NCBI RefSeq assembly: GCF_001194135.2
Contig: NC_068986.1
Location: 69,867,175 to 69,931,174 of the forward strand
Direction of reading: 5' to 3'
From: Octopus bimaculoides
Lineage: Eukaryota
DNA length: 64,000 bases
Position 1 is the stretch's first letter; every line of letters begins with the position of its first letter. The position numbers and the translations under genes are program-made. This document shows, one piece after another, positions 54,051-64,000 of the stretch. Under the pieces are notes generated by a model. That model was given only the letters and a program-made list of their open reading frames with translations. It ran no database searches and was not told where the DNA came from.

Positions 54051-56260
54051 TTTTATAAAACATTTTTAAGATAAGTATTTTAAAAATTCAAGCATGTATT
54101 TCACAAAATAACTTTCTAATATATTCTAAACATTCTTCATGAAGGAAACAATATTCTAATTGATGCCACTCAAAATACTAGGGGTTAAGAGTCTACTATA
54201 ATGAATCAAAGATAGAACAGAATCTTATTGTAAACCCACAGGTATCTCATATATTCTGATCAAAACACCCACACACACATACACACAAACACACACATAC
54301 ACACAGACGCACAGACACACATGCACACACGTGCACGCACACACACACACACATATATCGAATATATCAAAAGATTTTCAAAAGCAATACGATTATCATG
54401 CTCTGTATCACAAAAGTAACTACGTATACGCAGAATATTTTCAGTCGAACCAAAATAGTATATCTCAGAATGTGAGATATCATGTACTCTTTTTGTCAAA
54501 GTAATTATATGATAAACCTAAAGTATTATACATGGGATTTAATCATTATAGATATCATGATTTGTTCTTATACAAATATTAATTTACCTTATCCATGAAA
54601 GATCGGCTCTTCTTAGTAATTCATTTATACTGAATTTTAAATGCTTGCACATTTTTCTGCGAGTCTCCAGTAATTAAAATGTATTCACATTTTATTTTTA
54701 AAACTATTAACTGTAACTCATGTCAATGGAATTCTCTTTCTAGGTAAAAATATCTGAAAACTAGGAATATTACATTAAATCGTTACCTTATATACTTTGT
54801 CTTTATAGTACTGTCTTCTGCATTGCTATCTCTTTTTTGTACATATTTTAGGGCATCGCAAATTAGCAATTTACTAGAAATCTGGAAACAGATAAATGCT
54901 CGTTATCGTTTTTGATCATAATTACACAATATGGTAAGCTATCAGTAGATTAAACTTGCAATGTTGAGAGTAAATAATATTTAATGAAAGCAACAATCAC
55001 TGTAAATCAATGTCTTTCCTGATAAAGAAACTTCCATATATATGATCGTACTTAATTCTTGAAGGAAATCTTGACTTGGAGCGGATCGGGGTCAATGTGA
55101 AGAGTTAATGCTTGGCTTTGAGTTATTCTGGACACCAACTATTTGGACAACTCAACTGAATATAAAGACAAGATGAACTCAGAAATACCGCAGATTCTTT
55201 AAATTGATCGTCCTCCTATTTTATCTAGGCCTGATTGAACCAAGCAGTTCACGATAGTCCAATAATCAACCCAGAGGATAATGAATCCGACATATTCTTT
55301 CCTAAAAATTTGCTTTTAAGATTCAAATATCGGCAGGAGTAGAAGAATGCCTAAGACCCAAACATCATCTATTTATATGCCAGAGAAGTTGTTTAATGAT
55401 GAAAATAGTTAAATAATTATGCGTTGCTTTAATCACTAAACAGTTGGAATTTAATATTTTAATATAGTATATCTTTATTTTCTCTTGTGCATACTCCGGC
55501 TTGGAATAACGGAATGCGCGCATATCTGAATGCATAAAAATGTGTATCATATACTGGATTGCAAGATGAGTGTTTTCGTAATTCAAGGATGAAAAATGAA
55601 ATGGAAAGCGTGAACTGTGACATTTTTTGAAAGATTTGGTAGTTATATTTTCTAGAAATAAAGGTCACATTTGAAAGTTATACAGAAATGAAAGGATTCG
55701 TACTATCAATACACTTTTTTTTTTAGCCAACATCAAAGATGATGCATTTCATAATCTTTGTCAAACATTTGTCACTATAAATTTAACTATATTATAATAT
55801 GTTTTGTATTTACAAATCGTGTAAGAGCTGTATTAAATTGATGTGTTATATAGAATGGAATATCAAATCTATTGTATCTATATTCTTAATTTATGTTATA
55901 GGAATTGAAGATGGAAAATATATGAACGTAACACCATAGGTGGTTCTGGGAATGAAAAGTATTTTTGCATTTTCATATCTAAGTCTCTATAAGATTTATG
56001 AAGAGTTAAATTTATGGAAATAGAAATAGGAAAAACTGTGTATAAGAAAGTAAATATACATTCATACAGTTTTGACTTCAACACAAACTGAGATGCGCTT
56101 TGGATTTTTTTGGGGGGAGGGGGTGTATTTTAAAAGATTTATACAATTTTTCATATTTTCTCCTACAAAGAAATCTTGAAAAATTTGGCGACCAAAATAC
56201 TAAAAAATGTTGTTTACACACACACGACAAGCACATACACTCATATACAGAGAAAGAGAG

Positions 56261-56262
56261 TC

Positions 56263-56340
<78 letters not shown>

Positions 56341-56357
56341 ATTGCTAGATTGATAGC

Positions 56358-56390
<33 letters not shown>

Positions 56391-56400
56391 GGGTGGATGG
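56261..56400. repeat. (AGAT)n/(AGAC)n microsatellite
   Basis: Direct reading. Confidence 0.95.
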
Positions 56401-58153
56401 ATGGACATATAAAGTGGAAGAGGGAGAGGAGAGACGATTTAAGAAGAAAAAGAAAAGAGGGAATAATCGAATATAAAAGAAATTGGTCAATGCCAAGTAT
56501 TTTTTGTTACATTTAAGACATTCAATTGTAAAATTTTAATACAAATGTCAAGAAAATGTGTTAATAATACATGGAATGATGAATCTTGCTTAAATTGAAT
56601 GTTTTTAACTCCATGTTTATCTGTATGTATTTCAATAACATTTCATTCATTTTCTTGTCAAAATGAAAGACTTATTGTCTGTGAATTAAAGTCTTCAATA
56701 TAAAGTGCTGAGATTTAAACATTCACGATTCATGAGGAAATTACTCCTGCCTCGTTGAAGAAAATGTATTGATTAAAATTCGTTCGAACAGCAATGATTA
56801 TTTTTACAATCAACTGTATTTTTTGCTGCAATTCTATCATAATTGATTTGTAAAGGTATTTGACTTCTTCGGATCATCAAGTTAGAAAAGGAACTGATGT
56901 CCTAACTTTCTTAATTTAAAATGTTATACATACATGCAAATATATTTTCAAAGATGTAATGAAGATTCAATGTTTTCCTTAAGCTGTTGCGTTCTCAATA
57001 GTGATAAATGATGATATTACAAAAAATATTCCTTTCTAATATCGAACTGAAAATCGATGCAAAAATGGAATATGACACAATTATATTTCACAGAGCTGAT
57101 GAGCGATAATCAGTCGAATCCATTTGCGTAGATTCCACGGAAAGAAACTTTCAAAAAAACAGCAAATCACATTTTGAAACATTCACTCAATTATTTATTC
57201 ATTCTTCATTTTGCAAAATGCAGTAAACGTTATATTTTCTTATCGTTTAAGTGGTTCTATAGAAACAGTAGAGAAAATATGATTTTGAACATCATTGTAC
57301 ATACAGAATGTAAGTATCACAATAGGAGTTTAATCGTTACGCATTTATAATGGGTCCTTTGTAAGGCAATGACTAGAAAATGTAGAAACTATCTTTGGTA
57401 ATTTGTTCAGGCAGAGTAGAAATCACTTTTTGAAATTCAAAGCATGTTAGAAATAAATGTATGTTCCAGAAATATAGATTCCTGTTTTTACTGAATTGTT
57501 TTTGTCATGGCTTTATTAGAATCTCTCATAACCATTTTATATGGCTTATTTAGTGCAAACTATTTAATACTGGGAATTAACTATGAACTTGATAAGGAAT
57601 TTAGCTCATTACAGGATTTGTTCAGAAGTGAGTTTTGTACTAAAAACGTATTCTTCAATATTACTATCCACCCATTGATGACTGAGATAATCTCTCCTTC
57701 CATTTGCTGTCTGTTTGCAGATTGTCGAGAAATCATTGAAGCGTGTATTGTTGTCAATGGGCTAACTTTAGAGTAAAAAAGCAACCTTCATGAAGTGACT
57801 GTATGCAAATGGCAGTTTCTAAAACTTAGCAACTTAAATTGAATGATATTGTTAAGTTTCTATAATTGTCATATTATATTACCTTTAAAAAATTAATATA
57901 CAGATTTAATAAGGCTCAGTTAATCAGCAAAATATTTCTGCTGCACAAATTTTCTTTATATGTGCATATATATATATGTGCGTGTGCGTGTGCACGCGTA
58001 AAGTTTTACATATTTACGAATATGTATGTGGGGGAGGGTATGTGTGTGTGTGTCTGTAAACCGACATATCTATATATATATGCACATATATACATATATA
58101 TAACACATACATAATATAGGTATATATGTATATATATATAAAACACATACATG

Positions 58154-58184
<31 letters not shown>

Positions 58185-60231
58185 NNNNNNNNNNNNNNNN
58201 NNNNNNNNNNNNNNNNNNNNNNNNNNNNNNNNNNNNNNNNNNNNNNNNNNNNNNNNNNNNNNNNNNNNNNNNNNNNNNNNNNNNNNNNNNNNNNNNNNNN
58301 NNNNNNNNNNNNNNNNNNNNNNNNNNNNNNNNNNNTGTAAATTTATTAGCAATTTACCAAATTAATAGTATAAATTTATGTAAAAAGCATTCAAAGAAAT
58401 ATGTATAACTAAAAATTTTAAATATCAAAACTGTTTATTTCCTGCAATTAAAAGATTACATTATTAAATTGATTTAGTATTTCCTCTTTATTTAGATGTA
58501 GTAAACTTCTTTATAAGCATATATGCAGTATACATCCGTTAATCAACTGTTTTATTTGACAGGTAAAATTTTGAATAACATCTGTTTTCATAAAATATTC
58601 TCTTGTCATAATTTAAACAAGTGAACATTTTATATGAGATTTTTCAAAAAGCAAACATTTTTTCTATTCCTGTTTAATGGTATACAATTAAACCTAACAA
58701 ATAATATTTCCCGGTTGTAAGTTTTAAATATGCTAGAATTATACAACAAAATGATAGTAAAATTGGTCCTAGCTGCAATCTCTTTACAAAATGTTTATTA
58801 TCTCTTTATATAAAATATGTTTTCACGAACAGACGCTTTTCATTTTTTTAACGCAGTTTTCGCATCATATATTTATTTTATATTAATAACGTGTAAGACA
58901 TGATCATTTTTGTTTAAGATAAACTTTGCATTTTGTATATAGTAATTGCCATTTGTTACCCTTTTGTCTTACGTTAGTAGTTTTTGATGTGAGAACCAAT
59001 ATATATATACGTATGAAAACTTATAAAATGCAAAAGAGATTACTCTCAAAGAAATATTAATTCCGAACATAGCACTCCAAGCCCACGTCTATACAATATA
59101 TATGTGTGTGCGTATGTTTGTAAGTATTTATACACACACACACAAACACAAACACTATATATAATACATATATAGATAGATAGATATACACACGCACATA
59201 CACACACGTACGCACATGGATGCTTTTTCATTGAGAAAGGGTTAGAAAGAAAGATTTTGTATGTGTATATATGTGTACTATTTGCATATATTAGAGTATA
59301 TATGTATATATGTATATAAATATGTATGTATATGTATATATATATATATGTGTGTGTATAATTGTATTATCCACACACACATATATATAACTATAACTAT
59401 ATATATANNNNNNNNNNNNNNNNNNNNNNNNNNNNNNNNNNNNNNNNNNNNNNNNNNNNNNNNNNNNNNNNNNNNNNNNNNNNNNNNNNNNNNNNNNNNN
59501 NNNNNNNNNNNNNNNNNNNNNNNNNNNNNNNNNNNNNNNNNNNNNNNNNNNNNNNNNNNNNNNNNNNNNNNNNNNNNNNNNNNNNNNNNNNNNNNNNNNN
59601 NNNNNNNNNNNNNNNNNNNNNNNNNNNNTACACATATATTCGTCGTAACATACTTAGTTTCCCCCCGAAAAACACTACGGATATGTTCTATAACACATTA
59701 TAGCAACAAAACCAACTGCTAGCATGCCAATACATGTATACATGAGAAAGGCACCACGAGAAAACAAATACAGAAGGAACAACTGGCGAATTTTTTTTTC
59801 ATCAGTTTTTTTTTAGGTCCCTTTTCAGTTCGGAACTTGCAGTTTCGGAATTTAAGATGTAACTACTTATCCAACCATAGTCTATGCTACCAGCCCTAAT
59901 TGCTATTAATAAGGATAGATCCGGGTAAGTCGAGAGAAAGGAAAATAGGCTTCACTATTTCGTGGCGGTTAAGAGACACTAGACAAGAGAAAATTTTAAT
60001 ATAGATATACTCAAGTGAAAGCAACGGAGACAGAGATAGAGACAAATCAAATAAGAAAAATAAATCTATAGAGCTAATCATTAGAGGCTAGTCCAAAGCA
60101 GTAGTGAAGACAAAGGGAAAATACACGCTTTTTACGACCAGTGTAATACAAAAGAAGCCAAAGCGGGTTTATCCGACGCAGGTGGAGATACTGGAAATGT
60201 TATTATTATTATATCCAAAATTTACATCTGA

Positions 60232-60235
<4 letters not shown>

Positions 60236-60263
<28 letters not shown>

Positions 60264-60269
60264 CATACA

Positions 60270-60357
<88 letters not shown>

Positions 60358-60446
60358 CATACATACACACATACACACATACATGCATATATACATATCT
60401 ATATGTATATGTGTGCGTGTATGTGTGTGTGTATGTGTGTGTGTGT
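60236..60446. repeat. Compound (TA)n/(TACA)n/(TG)n microsatellite
   Basis: Direct reading. Similar tracts occur at 220-300, 6292-6408, 13104-13151, 33947-34027, 39740-39817, 40145-40208, 51222-51281, 52386-52446 and 53034-53184. Confidence 0.95.
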
Positions 60447-60934
60447 GTTTGTCATACGTGAGTATGTGTCAGTACCTGCTATTTGTCATCATATAGAACA
60501 GCATCATTTAAGACAAATAACAAAATAAAACGCATTGTGTTCTCTACGATTGTCTTTGTTCCAGATGACTATTGTACATTGAAGAATTGTAAATTTATAT
60601 GTCTATACAGCTGACGTTAATAAAAGTATATTTTGATTATCTATATGATTTCAAGAATTTTCATTTTGAATAATCATTCAAATACTATATGTGTGTGGTT
60701 CACAATTTGTCTTATTCTCTCATCGTGTATTTTGCCTGCAGTCGAGTGTCGTTATAATTGTCAACTAAAGAAATTCTGAGACTGTGTTACTTGTCTTACA
60801 TATATTAACATATTTGCAATTCTGACAAGGCTTTCTTATGAACTAACTGAAATGATTAGATATAAACTGACAATTTTGCATTTTCTGGATTGGTTATTTC
60901 ATATCATTATTCAGCAGTTAAAGGTTACGATATA

Positions 60935-61130
60935 TGGTAGAATCGTTAGCCACTGAAAAAAATTCTTAGAATCATATCTTCCATCTTTTACGTTCTTACT
61001 CCAAGTACCACCTAGGTCAGCTTTGCCTATCAAGCTTTTAAGGGTCGATAAAATAAGTACCCATCAAACAGCAGGGAGTCGATATGATCGACCCTGAAAT
61101 TGCTGGCTTTGTGCCAAAATTTGAAACCAT
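60935..61130 (+). mobile_element. SINE family A, diverged
   Basis: tggtagaatcgttagc head, gggtcgataaaataagtacc core, gtgccaaaatttgaaacc tail. Confidence 0.8.
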
Positions 61131-63393
61131 TGTTCACCTTCAGTTTATTTCATCCATGTGCGAAAATGAAATATTTTAGACAATTCTTTAGAATTTCAGT
61201 TGTGCTTCGAATAAATGAATTATTTCTCAGTCCAGATTGAGTAGAACAAGTATCAAAAGTCATAATATACAGGACCAAAGTGTTTTTTCCTTTTTCGATA
61301 TAGTATACTTTTGACTTCATAATCGAAATTCTTCTGTCTTTTTTTTTTTTTTTTTTTNNNNNNNNNNTTTTTTTTTTTTTTTTGTTAAAACGGTGTGTAA
61401 TTTGAGAGAGATTTGACCACTATTCCTAGCAGATGGGTATACACATCTTTCTGTTTATATGTTTTCGATATTTGGCATCATTTGAGACACGCAATTACCA
61501 GGCAGCTGTCAGTCAGGATAGGTATGTGGTACTAATAGTATTTATAAATTAAAATATTTAAGATTAAATGAATTCATATTTGTTTCACACATAGGTTATA
61601 AGTAAAGCAGAGATATATGATTTGAATTCTGTATTATATGATGTGTTTGCTTATTGCTCATATCCATTCGTTTTTGTGGATTCATCATCTGAATTTATGA
61701 ATACATATTCAAATTGTTTATATTTTCTAACACACGAATATACATTTAGCCCGGTTATTAAAAACGTCGGTCTCTTATTTCTTTTAATATGAGGCTGTAG
61801 GGACATAGTCTGGCTATGTAAAAACAGTATTATCTTGAAATCTAACTTTTCTTTATCTTTTATCATATTGAGAGAGTTGCTTTTGATTCTATTATTGAAA
61901 TAAGGAACTATAATTCAGGGTTGTTTAAAAATAATAGAACTTTGTACGTAAGAAAAGGTACTTCCTCATTATGTACTCAACTTCGTAAATAGAATTATTA
62001 GAGTGCATCACATGTATTGGCTTAACTTGCGAGAGAAATTCTTGTTGTAGTGCGTTGGAGTGTTTTTCATGACCGCAGTCACTAAAAATTGGTGTTAGTC
62101 TTATCCGTTTGGTAATTAAAATAAATAATAGTTGCAGCTGCTGTACAGGTTTTGAAATGTTGTTTTGAATTCCTCAGAAATGATTACATTGTCCGGGAAG
62201 TATGTGATCTTGTTCAATAATTTGAAAAAAAAAAGAACAGTGATCTTTCTTGGATTAAAAACAAGAAAAGTTATCTCAAAATTTAAATTAGGCTTTAATT
62301 ATGTATCTTGACAAAATCCTTGGAATATCATAAAAGATAGTGAATAATACAACAAAAGAACGACAGTAATACGAGCCAACTTAAAGACTTTCAGGAAAGG
62401 CTAAACAATCGTGAACAATATATATTGCTATGGAATCTGTTTGTTGGAGATAATTAAGGAAGGAATGCAACAATATATCTAGAAGAATGTAAAAAAATAT
62501 AAAGCAACAATTAAATGCGAGTAGATTTGAAAGTACGCAGATATAATTTGTAGTTTGTATACTGCTGATGTGAATCTATTACTTTTTATACTGAAAGTAA
62601 GAAATGTATATTTTTTTATCGATATTTCAAACTACAAACACGTCTATTAGAACAAATATGTCTACACGTTTGTATATAGACAAACTTCAACTCTAAAATG
62701 TATCTAATTTGTTTTCCCAACATATCTCAAATTGAATCAACTTAAAATTAGTTTGTTGTTACATTCTTGGAAAATTGCTTTGAATGCCTAGATTTCTGGC
62801 AGCCTTCCACATTGATATGGATGTTTGTTTTCTTAATATAATGTACATTACATCAAACTTTCTATGGCTTAAGTGGGTGTCGAATAGCTGTATTCATTTA
62901 GCGACGCGGCATAGTTTCCAATATTTAGCAATTGTCAAAAACAGTAGTCTTATTCATTGAAAATGAAAAGTGTCTTGCTAAAAACGATGAAATACTCATC
63001 CTTTCTAATATCTTTTCAGCGGGACTACATTATGATTTCCCTAGTTAATATCATTGGAAAAGGCAGTAGTATCATAGCTTCCCATTTATCTCTTTCTAAA
63101 CCAAATCTCCGACCATAAAATACAGTGTGTGTACAACACTGAGATAGTCGGTAAACGATAGTTCCTCCAATAGGTTACCCCATTAGAAATGTGAATGTTG
63201 ATATTAAGTAAACATTGCATTCAGTTGTGAATCAATTATATGTGAGTTCTCTCTCTCTCTCACTCTCCCTGTCCCTCTTTCTCTCTCTCATTCTCCCTGT
63301 CTCTCTCTCATTCGTGCAGTCCTTCGTCTCCCTCTCTACATAATATGAGGGGGATGCAGCGCATGTGTTTGTGCATGTGCACGCATAGTAACC

Positions 63394-63710
63394 GTGGTAT
63401 GGCCGAACGGTTAAAAAGTTCGCTTCACAGAGACAAGGTCTCGCGTTCGATTCAACTGAGTGGAAACGTACACTAATGTTATTTTCTATTACATAATATG
63501 TAAAATTGAGGACGCAGAAATTATAAAATAGCCAGTCGGGTGTATTATACCTGTAATTCAAAAATGCAGCCGTGTCACACACTGTATCACCTGCTTCACC
63601 TTAAGAATTATGTTCAGAGTATATGTGTCTGTGACTGTTAATTAATTCTACACATATTTAATTAATCAGACAGCTGAATCCTCAACGCCAAACGTCGGAG
63701 CTCCACCAAT
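63394..63710 (+). mobile_element. Diverged tRNA-headed SINE-like repeat (family C)
   Basis: A-box-like TGGCCGAACGGTTAA and B-box-like CGTTCGATTC, no complete cloverleaf, non-tRNA body follows. Confidence 0.45.
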
Positions 63711-63740
63711 AAGCCAATATATACGCATTATATATACTGA

Positions 63741-63773
<33 letters not shown>

Positions 63774-63800
63774 TATGTTTCCGCGCGCGCGCGCGTGTAA

Positions 63801-63963
63801 GGCGCAAGCGCGGCTGTGTGGTAAGAAGCTTGCTTCCCATCCACATGGTTCTGGGTTCACTCCCACTGCGTGGCACCTTGGGTAAATGTCTTTTACTATA
63901 CCCTTGGCTCGACCAAAGCCTCGTGAATGGATTTAGTAAACGTAAACCAAAAGAAGCCCGTCG
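63801..63963 (+). mobile_element. SINE family B, full length, with (TA)n tail
   Basis: ggcgcaagcgcggctgtgtggtaagaagcttgcttcccatccacatggttctgggttcactccc..aagaagcccgtcg. Confidence 0.9.
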
Positions 63964-64000
63964 TATATATATATATATATGTATATTTAGTTATGTGTGT

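Noticed and set aside
57094-57135. CTGATGA followed by GAAT and GTA
   Set aside because: GAAA box altered and stems I and II do not pair.
63394-63462. tRNA gene
   Set aside because: Has A/B-box-like motifs but no acceptor stem or cloverleaf; a SINE head.

Overview
AT-rich eukaryotic (metazoan) draft-assembly DNA with seven N-gaps, very many microsatellites, tRNA-derived SINEs and decayed DNA transposons. The SINE repertoire looks like octopod cephalopod DNA (inference from recognised repeat sequences, not a search). The main result is a spliced + strand gene that the ORF track does not assemble: five exons (4615-4768, 27740-27879, 37885-38014, 39945-40083, 52536-52736) join with GT-AG boundaries and fully compatible phases (1|2|1|2|0). 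They encode two tandem six-cysteine modules, a Thr-rich stalk and a C-terminal hydrophobic, GPI-signal-like tail. The cysteine spacing resembles the neuritin/RGM-N/DUF19 type of helical disulfide bundle (inference). Two small upstream exons (642-697, 3985-4022) may supply the start codon and signal peptide, giving about 275 aa. The introns hold two dead mariner elements (one carrying a near-perfect two-step templated inverted insertion), an internally deleted Academ-type transposon (transposase + XPG/PIN nuclease + Cys-rich finger), a TA-flanked MITE family with a fold-back derivative, a four-copy head-to-tail SINE array and several Penelope-type hammerhead-like relics. No CRISPR array, rRNA or true tRNA gene was seen. 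Most ORF-track entries are microsatellite or AT-rich noise.
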